In this document: one piece after another, positions 12,701 to 24,917 of the stretch
How the letters are laid out: each line of letters opens with the position of its first letter
Numbering within the stretch: position 1 is the first letter of the stretch
Assembly (NCBI RefSeq): GCF_009914755.1
Contig: NC_060926.1
Direction: 5' to 3' (one strand)
DNA length: 64,000 nucleotides
Source of the DNA: the human T2T-CHM13v2.0 reference genome, Homo sapiens
Notes under the pieces: generated by a model
Told to the model about the DNA's origin: nothing
What the model saw: only the letters and a program-made list of their open reading frames with translations
The model's database searches: none
Translations under genes and position numbers: made by a program

Positions 12701-14834
12701 GGAAAAGAGTATTTTACATAATGGGCTTTGTCTTCTGGTTTAGTTCTTCAAGTTCCTGACTCCTAGTCCAATACTCATAAATCAAGCATATTCAGGCAAA
12801 AAGCAGGTAATTGAGAGGAGCTATTCTCTGGGTAATTCCATCCTCTTTTTTGTGCACACATTTGCAAATGTAAGTGGTTTTCATCTGTGCAGACACCCTT
12901 GAGGGGCTCGTCTATCCTCACATCATTTTTAGACATCCAAGAAGTTTCTTTGTAAAACTCTTATTCTGTGATGCCAGATGGTTGATGCCACCCTACAAGA
13001 CCATATTTTGAGTAAAAAGGACCAGTTTAGCAGGTAGATGAAACAACACCCATTACAATTATTGTTGCATCTCCTGATTCAGTAATGGCAAAATGTACTT
13101 CTCATCACATGTTCATTCCAAACACAAAAATGAGTAAAATTCATATGGTTTTCCTTTTACTCTAAGAATTGGGCACAGCTGCTCCCTTACAAGCATTAAA
13201 AGGAAAAAATAAAGGAAAAACGTCTTTAATTTCTCGTGTTTTTCAGCATCTCTTCGAAAAATATCTTAGTGATACATGGCTCAACAGCCTGAAAATACCT
13301 ACTCTTGCTATACTCTTAAGCATAGTTTTCCTTCACATTATAGTATGACAGAGGGAAGATTTCTAATATATAGACTGGGGAATCTAAGGAGGAGAAAATG
13401 AAAACTTGAAATAATGCTTAGTCATGCTATTCAATTACTCCATGGCCTTTTTTTTTTTTTTTTTTTTTGCAGTCTTTTGTTTGATTCCTGATCTATGCAG
13501 TCTCTGAAATGAGTGTACAATTCATTTACCTTGTCTGGAAAAAAAAGTTAGTAGTTACATATGTGGCAAATATTGAGTAAAGATGAACATTTTAAGTACT
13601 TGTTAGACTTTCAATTATTTGGGTTTTTCCAGAAAATTAAAATGCATTGATCACAAATGTAACAGTACTTGGTTTGGGGTTGTATAATCTTCAGGAAATT
13701 ATATGTGCAATAAATTAATGCATCAATATAACCAATAAGCATTTGTTACTGATTTAAAAAATACTAAAATAAACCCAGGTACCCAAAACTATTGTCTGCT
13801 TCCATCATAAGGATTGACTAGAAATTTCCCGAAGAATATCTTTAGATGACAACATAGATATAATACATAATTCAAGTTATTAACTTCTCCATTTAGGCTT
13901 ATAGATCTTATAGACACAACTGTTTTAAAAGAAGAACAAGATTTTCATGCAAAAATATGAATTATACAGTAGTTTTACTGAGTCTATTGCTAATGCACAT
14001 GGAGTTCAGAACCATAATGACGATATTGGGCACTTAAGTCATTAGCCTGTCATATTACAGCAAAATTATTTGTACTATATAATCATTGTTTCCTTTTTTA
14101 TATTGCACAGATCTAAGCTTAGTTCATCTATCTTTGCCATAGCAGTACCACTTTATTGTTGTAAATACCTATTTTTTAACAATGATTTGAGTATGTTCGT
14201 TGTAGTTTAAGTTCATGTTTATTAGACCTTTGCTTCCTTAAAGCTGGAAAACATGAAGTTTACAATCTGCCATAGGGTGCCTTGTTTGATTGTGTATTAC
14301 TTCATAGCATCAATTACTGTATAGTTTATATTTTAAGTACTTGTATACACACTAAAAATTTCAAGGGGAATGGGAACAAGTTTTTTCTGGTTTTTTTTTT
14401 CTAGCAACATTTCCATCTTATTCATCATATTTAAGACATGCTCTTATTCTTAATATTAAAATGGAATTCTGTTTGTAGTCAACTTTTTTTCCTTTAGGGA
14501 CTTTTAAAGATGAACATGTATAAGTGATCTCTGATGACTATTTTCAATAAGAACAAAATCATTTGTGGAAAAAAAAGCTGAAACTGAAAGCTTCAGCTGC
14601 AACTCATTTGTGAACATAAGGTGAATATGGCTGTGGTTTTCAGAACTGGTTCCAGGGTTTCATAAACCTTTTAGAAATGGATATTGATTATTACTATTCA
14701 ACTAATAAAACTGCTTTCTCAGAATCTGTTTTGCTTGTATTTGATGCCATAAAGGATTGTTTGCCCTATAATTAAATCCTAGAGATTATAGCACAATATA
14801 ACTCACCTAGCCCATAGGTTGCTATGGGTTTCTT

Positions 14835-14837
<3 letters not shown>

Positions 14838-14893
<56 letters not shown>
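14838..14893. repeat. (GA)n(GT)n compound microsatellite
   Basis: Seen directly. Confidence 0.97.
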
Positions 14894-15778
14894 TGTAAAA
14901 GTTAAGAGGTGTGCATACTTCTGAGTTTGAATAAGTTGTGGCTGAGACTATTTGAATTGATTTCATACTGGGAAATGGCATACAAGTAAAATCAGTAGTC
15001 TATTCAAATCATTGTACAGTCAAGTCAGCTAAATATATGGCAATGAAGAAGTAAAATCAAACCTCAAATTGAACAAAACCAGTCTATTCTGTAGTCAAGT
15101 AGACACTATGTCTGTCTCTCTAACTTCTCTGCCCAGACCAAAATCATGATTTGGAGAATGCACTGTAACCAGACAATGCCTATCCAGCCTTTCCTATATT
15201 AAAAAATAGATCATCTGGAACTGACCCTTTATGAGAATTTATATTTTTTTACTTTGCCATGAGTTTTCAAGAATAAAATATTGTGTAATAAGAGAAAGGA
15301 TCAGATAAGCATTGCCACTTTAGAAGCTTTATAACTGTCTCAAGCACAGACTATAAACTTCAAATACCCAGGACCCCTGAGAACCTGTAGTCGACCCATT
15401 CACACCTGACAGATATATTTTAAAGTCTGGGTATAAATATAATTATGGAGAGATGACTAGCATGAGTGAAATTTCACAGGTAGCATGCTAGAATAAAGCA
15501 GCGCTTGAAAATGGGCATACTAAAATTCAGAAACCTAATGATTGCAGATAAAAGAATGAAATGCAACTTGTACAACCTGCTCTACCGATGTGAGATACAA
15601 ATACATTTTAAAACTTTTTCTTCTTATACACCCCTGCCCACTGCCATAGTGAGCCTATCGCTGAGTCAGGCCACTGTGCCAACTGTAGCAATGCCCCACA
15701 CGCGAGCTCCAGTGGGCCAGTTCTTTGTATTGACACATACGCAAGTTCGGACATGACACCCAGAGGCTTGCTCCAGAC

Positions 15779-16085
15779 CTACACCATCCAATAAGAATGT
15801 TACTAGCCTCATGCAAACACTGAGCATTTGAAACGTGGCTAGACTGAATTGAGATCCACTTTAGGTATGACTTACACACAAGATTTCAGAGACTTAGTAC
15901 AATGAAAAGGATATGAGATATCTCATTAACAAATTTTATATTGCTTCCATGGGGAAATGATAATACTTTGGATAGATTGAGTGAAATATATTTTTAAAAT
16001 TAATACTATTTCTTTTTAATGTGGCTACCAGAAAATTTAAAGTTATATATGTGCCCCACATTGTATTTCTATATGGAAAGTGCTG
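15779..16085 (-). mobile_element. MER33 hAT-Charlie DNA transposon
   Basis: ctgagcatttgaaacgtggctag...aatgtggctaccagaaaatttaaagttatatatgtg matches the reverse complement of MER33. Confidence 0.8.
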
Positions 16086-16733
16086 GTCTAGGGGTCTGAG
16101 ACCTCAGCCACATGCTGGACTACCCTTTCCAAGAACCTCAATCTGACTCTCTCACTCTCTCTCTTTTTTTTTCTCTCTCTCTCTCTCCATAATTGTCAGA
16201 TACAGAGAATTCTCTTTATCATCCTCATCCTATTTATTGCCATTAGTCACACAGGACTCTTATCTTTACAATGTTTTCCTTTGTCTTCCATTCACCTTGC
16301 CAATGATAAAGATGACTTAGAATGATTTCAGTATATCCATGGATGTATAAGTATCCTTAAAAAAACATTTAACTTTTTTTATTTTAATGTATTCTATTTT
16401 TCTTTAAGAAAGAGCTCAACATGATTTGGCACTAGTATCTGTGAATAGGTCAATAAGGAGAAAAATACTACAACTCTTTCTAGGTGTTCAAGGTTTTGGA
16501 AAAAAAAAAAAAAAGGGAACTGAGAGCCTGGATCTCCTCTAAGACCTGTTGTGTATATAAACTCAAACTGTCATTTAGTGATAATTACCAATCATCAGTT
16601 CCCTTCTTCATAAAACATTAGGTGGTTTATTTTCTTAGAGCATAGGGCTTTTCCATAAATGTTTAAATGTTAGAAACAAGAGATTAAGAGTTTTCATTTT
16701 TCTAAAAAAGGAATTCATAATATTCTTTTGTTT

Positions 16734-17521
16734 TATATATATATATATATTTCATTCTGGGAAATAGCATAAAAGTAGTGTGTGTGTGTACATATATATA
16801 TGCATGTGTGTGTATATATGTGTATATATATACATATGTGTGTATATATGTGTGTGTATATATATACATGTATATATGTGTGTGTATATATATATGTATA
16901 TATGTGTATATATATGTGTTGCCTGGGTAAGCATCCAAACCTGTAGATGGAGGTGATTGGTTACACTTCTTGTCAGTCATTCATCCTACTCCAAACAGGT
17001 TGGCATATATATATATATCCTGCTCCAAACAGTTTCGCATATATATATATACACACACACGTATATTTATGTGTGTGTGTATATATATACACGTATATTT
17101 ATGTGTGTATATATATACACGTATGTGTATATGTGTATATATGTGTGTATATACACACATGTGTATCATATGTGTGTACATACACACGTGTATCATATAC
17201 ATGTGTGTATAGATAAAGAAGATATGAATATGTGTGTATATATGCACACACACATGTGTGCATATATACACATATGATACACATGTATAAATGTATATGA
17301 TACACATGTGTATATATACACACATATACACATACATGTATACACACGTGTGTGTGTATAGATACAGAAAGAGGATATGAATATGTGTGTGTATATATAC
17401 ACACATATATGTGTGTATATATACACACACATGTGTATGTGTATATGTGTATATATACACACATATATATATACACATAGAGAGCATGCATTTATTTTTG
17501 TTTGTGTATATATGCACACAC
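16734..17521. repeat. Complex alternating purine-pyrimidine (TA/TG/CA) low-complexity tract with embedded templated inserts
   Basis: Seen directly; source of the YIYTH/CVYI pseudo-ORFs. Confidence 0.95.
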
Positions 17522-18031
17522 ATACTGAGCACTTTTTTGCTTAAAGATTATCTGGGACCAGAGTCTCTAGAACTGAGACTAGAGTCTCTACAAAACTAAG
17601 TAATTAAAAAATTGGCAAAAATCCTGCTCTGGGAAAGCCTCTCTAATGGGAGAGAAGAAAAAAGAGATATTATTAAAAGAAGTAAAATACATATTAGATA
17701 GTGATGTTTAGCAAAGTAAAAACAAAAACAAAAACACAGAAAAGAAAGGGGATAGAGGGCTCCTAAGTGGGGAAAACTTACAATTTTAAGTAGAGAAAGA
17801 ACCTAGGAGAGGAGGGAATGTTTGGGGACAGGCCTGAAGGAAGTGAGGTATGTTACCATGTGGATGTCTAAGAAAAGAATGTTCAGGTCAGAGGAAGAAG
17901 CATGTGCAAAGGACCTGAGGCAGGATGTGCTCAAGAAAGAGCAGGAAGACCAATCTGTTTGGAGTAGGATGAATGACTGATAAGAAGTGTAACCAATCAC
18001 CTCCATCTACAGGTTTGAATGCTTACCCAGG
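16922..18031. repeat. Inverted repeat, 82-bp arms 16922-17003 and 17950-18031
   Basis: 79/82 identity by manual alignment; the ORF track shows MEVIGYTSCQSFILLQTGW on + and MEVIGYTSYQSFILLQTDW on -. Confidence 0.95.
17520..17980 (-). mobile_element. L2 LINE fragment
   Basis: gcctgaaggaagtgagg..gaatgttcaggtcagaggaagaagcatgtgcaaaggacctgaggcagg is typical antisense L2. Confidence 0.7.
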
Positions 18032-18947
18032 AGACACTCATTTTGAGGACCCATCTTTTACTCTGCTGTTCAGAGCTAATCTATCTGAAAAGTGACGGAA
18101 ATTACCCTATGGCCTGCAGAAGCAAAGCAAAGGGTCTCCTGCCTACTAATCTACTCCCTTACCCCCAACCGTACTCACAGCTCAGTTCCTTGGATCTTTA
18201 GATTCTCCCCAGAGCTGACATTCCATCTGCAATTAATCAAGTGTTGTGTTAAATTTTTTTTAATATGTAAAAGATGTTTCAGCTGTGATTATCAAAGTAT
18301 ACAATTGTGTGTCCTAAGGCTACATGGCATGGGATATACATCTGATGCAATTCTGATCATTATCATCACTACATAAGGTAACATTGTTCCACATTTATCA
18401 AATCAGACCTCCTGCCATTTCTGTTTGGGTAGACACGGCATAAATTTTAAATTAAGGTGTATAAAATAAAAGATTTCTATATATTTTTTTAAAATTATTA
18501 TTAGGAGAAGTGGTAGTAGTAACCCACACCATGCATTCACCAGGGAGATTTATACTACCAGTACATTTATTGCTATCAAGTTGCAATTAACAAACATTCA
18601 TGCAGTTGGAGAATTGGGTATGCAATGCGTCAAAAGTGTGAGAAAATGTACTGTCTCAACAGGCGATTCCTAGGGCTCTTCCTATTCAATATGAACATGA
18701 CTTTTTAATGAGAGCTAGTATTAATATAAGCTTAATTTAATTTTATATACTTATTCCAAGTTTCTTAAATTATTCATATCCTCTTTCTGTTTAGACGCAT
18801 CAGTATTGTGAGGTTTAATTGTTAGCTCCCAAAGCCTAAGGACTATCTCTATTTAACTCACTTTTCAGCTAAGCTAGTGAAAGCTGTAAATTATGATGAT
18901 GATGGGGGGAATGATGAAGAGGAGGAGGAAGGGAGGGGAGGACTGTA

Positions 18948-19155
18948 ATCTACTTGAGTATATATAAAGCACTGTGATATTGTACATCATAGTATTTAAT
19001 CCTTGCAACATGGCACCAAGATCTTTTTATCCTTATTATGCAGATGAGGAGACTGGGCTCCAGGGAAGTTAAGTCACACACTTGCTAAGTGGTAGACCCA
19101 GGACTCAAAATTAGATCTCTTAATGCGCAAGCCTGTGTGCTTTCCACCATACATC
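18948..19155 (-). mobile_element. MIR SINE
   Basis: tttaatccttgcaac..tgcagatgaggagactgggctcc..aagtggtagacccaggactcaaa. Confidence 0.75.
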
Positions 19156-20839
19156 TTGCTCTGATACTATTCAATTATTAAACATTTTTATTGATCACCG
19201 CTACATACTAGGCTTGATGACAGACAGTGTAGGAACCACCATTAAACTCCAAACTAGAACGTGAAGACCCACCTCACCCCACCTTCAGCCTCACCTCCAG
19301 TTTGCATTCCAACAACATTTTATTTCTTGTGGCCATGAAATGAGAAAAGAAATATTTTTGCCAAACCATCACATGACTCAGAGAAATTCTCAGCTGGCCA
19401 TTGACTTGCAATGGAGCAATAAATTTCCATTTTCCTTTGCAAAGGCCCACCTAAGCTCCATGTTTCTGTCCCCCTCTGCTTTCCTTAGCCATTGCATTCC
19501 CCAGCACTTGTTCGTGTTTTCACACTAACGTTCACAGGTGGCCTTTTCTTTTTTCTGCTGTGCCAGAGTGCAAACAGCTAAACTTTCTTTCTGATGACTA
19601 AGTGAAGGAAATATTTCCTGGTGGATATTTCCTAACTGAACTGCTTGACAAAAATGGGGAGGGAGTCAGATCCTGCCAGAATATTTCTCTTTTACTCTTG
19701 GTTCTGCTTTGACAGTTTGGAGGATTAAGGGACAACAATGACAGTAGTTCTTGTTATTAGCCATGTCTTACCGTGTCTTTCTCACCATTCACAGTGTCCC
19801 TGTTGGAATAAATGCTGATGACTACATCTGTTGTGTTATTTAAAGTAGATCTTTAAGTCAAAATGAGGATGTGTGCGCACTGCCTCATTTTGAGTTTGCT
19901 TAATGTTTCCAGCCATATTTTAGAAATAAATCCCAAATGCTTTTTTGCTAAGTGCATTTTCCTTTCGATTTTAAACCTATGTGTATTTTAAAGGTCATTT
20001 AATCTGTGCATTTCCAATTCCTCCAGTCTTAAATCATCACTGTGTTATTTTATGTAAGAGGTACTTAATGTCTCAAGAAGCTTTTGGAGGCCTTTAAAAC
20101 CCAAAGACTTTTCTTTTCCAAGACCAGAAGTTCCATTTTGTGAAGAGTAAACAAGCCTGAAGAAGACCGAAATCTCAGCCCGTTCAATAGTCCAAAAGTT
20201 CAAGTTTCAGAGGGGTTGGAATTTGGCGAAATGAATTTTCCCATCCATAGCTCAATCCTCTATATTCCCTCCTAGCTTAGGCTGAAACACATGGAAATTA
20301 TATCCAGCAGGCACTCTTCTCAGTGACATCTGCATCTGTAGGGGTGTCCTGGCATTCAGCAACAAAATCCTCTTCCCCCAGGGAAAAGGAAGACTCAAAA
20401 CCCCAAATAATAATAATCTATTACAGATTTCAGGTTACCAAAAGTTAAAGAAATGGATAAAAGCAAAACACTTAGCATTGCTACATGTCAAAAGGAAGGC
20501 TACTGTAATCACCCCCCACCCTTGAGGCATGTATTTTTCAGGTTATTATGCATAATTATGCATACAAATTTAAATATATTTCCATATTATATTCAAAACT
20601 GCCCAATTCTTAAAAAATGTAGGATAAAACAAAATTAATTGATGGCAATTACTGCATTTAGATTTAAATCTAAAATTCCTGGTTACTGGAAGAATTGGGC
20701 CAGTAGTGGGCACCTCGAACAACAGAACTGTCTCTTCTGGAACATTCTTCTGGATTTAGGAACAGTGTTTCTCTAAAATTAAATGTGAGATTAGAGAGGC
20801 ATAAAGAGGTGCTGACAGAAAACCAGAAATGGTGATTAA

Positions 20840-20990
20840 GAAATTTGGATTGAACCTTTATTTCTTACTACGTGGCCTTAACCAAATGATTTAAACAATT
20901 TGGGCGTCTTTTTCTTCATCTGAAAAGCTAGGCGCATTCACTCCATGCTCTCTCAAGTTCCCTCCAGATTTAATATTTCATGTTTCTGAG
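20840..20990 (+). mobile_element. MIR/MIR3 fragment
   Basis: gtggccttaaccaaatgatttaaac..ttcttcatctgaaaa..ctctcaagttccctccag. Confidence 0.55.
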
Positions 20991-23376
20991 ACTCCAACAT
21001 GAACTGTGCCCAAGAATGGGGTTATCTGACGGTCAACAACAGAAAAAAGCTTGGCAATTTGATTACAATTAACTCATTTAGGAAAGAAGTAAAATATTTG
21101 GGATAACACTGGAGTTTTGGCAGTAAGTAAATCTCCCATCACAATTTTTAAATGGAAGGAAGAGTTAATCCAAAAGGGTGGCTGGAAGCAGAAAGTAGTT
21201 CCATTTGTCACACACATGGTGACCACCATCACCATACAGCACCCAGAGGGATTTCAAAATGGACAACACATAAAACAACCTATATCCAGACCACATCAAG
21301 TGTCAGAATGATGTGGATCTTTGTGGGGCTTTTCCTAGTTTTCTCTCCTTCTTTAGAAATGTATGTTATGAATTATGATTATTGCAATAGAGCCAAGTAT
21401 TCACCGGGCTCCAGCTAGATCTTTGTTTAGTGAGCATAAGCTCCCTGCCAGCTGCAAACTGCAGCTGTCTGTCAGCATTTGTGAGGACAAACCACCCCAC
21501 TATCCCTGATCACTTAGCCGTAGACGACATACTGTGTCCTCAGATCTGCTCAGAGCACCCCTTGCATTTTTCAATACACTTCCTGTGGGGGAGGGCATCA
21601 GTGCTTCGCACGCACATTTTGGAGCAAATAGCTTAAATCTTATGTCAAAATGATGCTTTTAATAGAGGGTTCTGTCCCAACAAAACTATTCTGTGAGAGA
21701 CTCACTGACTCTGGCCTGACATTTCCGGATATTCGATGTCCTGAAAAAGGCAAGGGAGGCTACCACTCTGACAACCAACTGTTCCTCAAGACACAGTGGG
21801 CCCTACAGAGGGTGCCAAGAGCATGGGCCCCAGGCCAGGAACCTGTCTTACAGCTGGGGAATGTGGGGGTAAGAAGGCCATGGCAAAGGGGTGAAGCCAG
21901 AGGAAGGGCATAGCCCAGGGTGCCCAGAGCAGCCATCCTCCTGGGCCATAGCTTACAGCCAGAGACAAGACCCAAAGGAATCCTTATTTCAGGAGAAATC
22001 GTTGTCTAGAACATTCAAGTAAACTTGGAACTCTGCAGTTTTAGAGGGGCTTTGAGGGATGATACATTTTTCTTGACTCTCATTTGCCAGCCTCCTATGC
22101 AATTTATTTTCCTTTAAATTGCAAGGCATGCTCAGAATGGGAGAGAAACTGGCAGCACCACACCAGATTTAATTAAAGCATTGTTGGAGTTAACCAAGAG
22201 TCTCCCCTGTTTTTATCAAAAGTGACTCATGTGGGTGAGAAAAATCATTTTTAGAGGGGTGCCAATTTCAGGAATACCCTGAGAATTACCCTCGGAATTT
22301 AGGAATACTCTGCTTTTTCCAGGCACTTGTATACAGTAAACTTGGGGTTTCTTAAAGGATAAAAACTATTGCTGAAGTTTCTTTGGGCTCTGGGGTACTT
22401 CTGAAACACTCCAAGAAGCCTGAGCTATGGTCCCCTAGTACTTGTGGAAAAGACTTCTTTGAAACATGTTTAATAATAATATTTTCAAGTAAAAAAAATA
22501 AATCTGGAATTCTTCCTACTCATGGGGGTATTGTGAGAATGCTCTTTGTTATGTAAGAGTACTGTTTCAGTAAGAACTGTGTCCCCTTGGGAAGAAAGGC
22601 ACAATGCAAATTCAAATTAATAATAAAACTGTACAATATGTAGCATATGCCCAAAGTTGGCTTAAGTCACATAATGAAGAAAACATTCTAAGGTTTGGGA
22701 AAAGACTCAGCCCTATGCATATGTGTGTGTGGAGCTGTATGTGTTTATGGGCAGGAGAGCACTGACCCAACATAAACACTTTCTTTCCCACAACTTAAAC
22801 ATATACACAATACTTAAAATAGTTTCTTTCAGGAGTAGAAACCATGAGAGTCACAGGGTCATTAAACAATAGCAAAGCTCTGTTAGTCCATGATCTTTCC
22901 TTATTCAAGAGGATTATAAAATAAAAACAAAGATTCTGCAAGGAATCAATATTTTGCAAACACATAGCAATTTACAGTACAAGAGTATTTGGATTGCTAA
23001 GTACCTTCACTTCTGTGTTGCTGTTTGCTGCTTCATTGTGAAACCTTTTTGCTGGATGTGTTACATGCGATGAGCTTGGGTGTTATAATAAACAGAGAGG
23101 AAGGCTGCAATAATGTATTTCAGTTAGGAAGAAGCACTTGAAAGAAATTGCTTTTGCTATACACATGATGTGAGCCAATCAATAGTGGTTTAGTCTGACA
23201 AGCCCTGTCAATATCCATTGTCACAGTTCAGAAAGTCGTTAATGGATAGTTCTTCAAAACCCAATGATTTTAACACATGTTCAAAGTCTTGAAATACACT
23301 CTACCTGGCAGAAATTAATCACAGGTAACTCTTGGGAAAGTATACAAGCATTTTTTTAATGAGAGCCAAATCATTT

Positions 23377-23439
23377 ACACACACACACACATGCTCGCAC
23401 ACACACACACACACTCGCGCACACACACACACATATACA
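23377..23439. repeat. Interrupted (CA)n microsatellite
   Basis: Seen directly. Confidence 0.95.
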
Positions 23440-23659
23440 GCAGCTAAGGGTCTAATCTAATAACAACAGATGCATAGTGAATGCTCAGTAAATGTTGAAA
23501 AAGTGAGAGACACTGGGATGGAGGCTGAGAAGGGTCCTTTTTATACACCTGTTCTGTAAATTTAATGATTATTACAGTGGTGATGATGATGCAGGATGCC
23601 TATCATATTTTAATTATTAATCATATTTTAATCATTAATATTAATCTATTAAGATTAAT

Positions 23660-23875
23660 AATTGTTTCTGTTAACTACATATGTATTATACATTAGACAT
23701 TGAGCTGGATGTTTTTCCTATATCAGAACATTTAACATACACAAAAATCCTTGGCATGGATATTATTATCCCCATCTAACAGATGATACAATACAGGCAC
23801 AAAAAACTGGCATAGCTTGAATAAGATACAACGTTAAGTGACAGAGTTGGAATTCAAAATCCAAAGCCTATATTA
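23660..23875 (-). mobile_element. MIR SINE
   Basis: tattattatccccatctaacagatga..taagtgacagagttggaattcaaa. Confidence 0.65.
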
Positions 23876-24705
23876 TTCAAAAAAGAAAGAATGGGTAGGA
23901 GAGAAAGGAACACACTTGAAAAAAAGGAAGAAAGAAAGAAAAAAGAAAGAAATGGCATTAGCAATTGGAAGGAAGCATATCAATGGTTCTTATCTGCTTT
24001 TCCCCAAGTCCTGATCCTGAACTCTTACACTCAGTTCCTGTGAAGCAACCAGGAACAAAACAAGCCTCTGAGCTCTGGGGTTGGGCATAGAGAAGAATGG
24101 GATTTCCCAGTTTGGCTGAAAGAAGAACTAAGGAGTTTGCAGAAGTAAATGTATTCACTTACACTGTTGTGGGCTAAGTGTGTGTCTGAAAAAGATTGTG
24201 TGAGGGCAGGGGTAAAACTGAAAGACACAGCTAGGTTGCTAGCCATTTTTGCCTGAAAGGAACCCCCAATTCCCACCTACATCTCTCCTTCTGTGTTCAT
24301 TGTTGTCTTGCTGCATAGAGCAATCTGGAGCATGGTGAGTGATTTGTCTTCTGCCCAGTATGCATCCTTGCAGCAGAACTCAATTCATGTCCATGGTGGT
24401 TACAGTTCTGTCCTACCCAGATGTATTCTTCAACTGTTCTTATTGGCAATCCAGAGAGTATTCAGCCACCAGCTCCACTGTTGTCCCATGATTCACTCAT
24501 CTTACCTAAGATGACTCTTTTTCTCTCTCAGCCGTACAATGATACACACCACATGGATAGTTTCAGTAATCAGTTCATGGTAAAGCAGATGATTTAAGAC
24601 CTTAGGTTGCAAGTACTTGAGTATGGTGAGGCAAGGGGGTGGGGGACATTACCATCTCTCTATGTCCTTAGACACGGTGACAGCATTGCCACACAGATGG
24701 ACAGG

Positions 24706-24917
24706 CAGGGCCTTAGGGCAGGGAATCAGACACCACCTGAGTTGTGGTTCTGCCACTGATTTGCTACTTGGCTTAACTTCTCTGAACCTCAGATTTCTAA
24801 TCTGTAAAATGGATAATAATGGAACCTACCATATTGATAAGGATTAAATGAGATCAATGTGCTTAGTAAATTCCTTATTATATAGCAAATAACTTCAAAA
24901 TATTAGTCATTATTATA
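24706..24917 (+). mobile_element. MIR SINE
   Basis: Core cttaacttctctgaacctcagatttctaatctgtaaaatgg..aggattaaatgagat. Confidence 0.75.

Noticed and set aside
16702-17599. Overlapping ORFs up to 183 aa rich in Y/I/H/T/C/V
   Set aside because: Translation of TA/TG/CA repeats, which lack stop codons; not protein-like.
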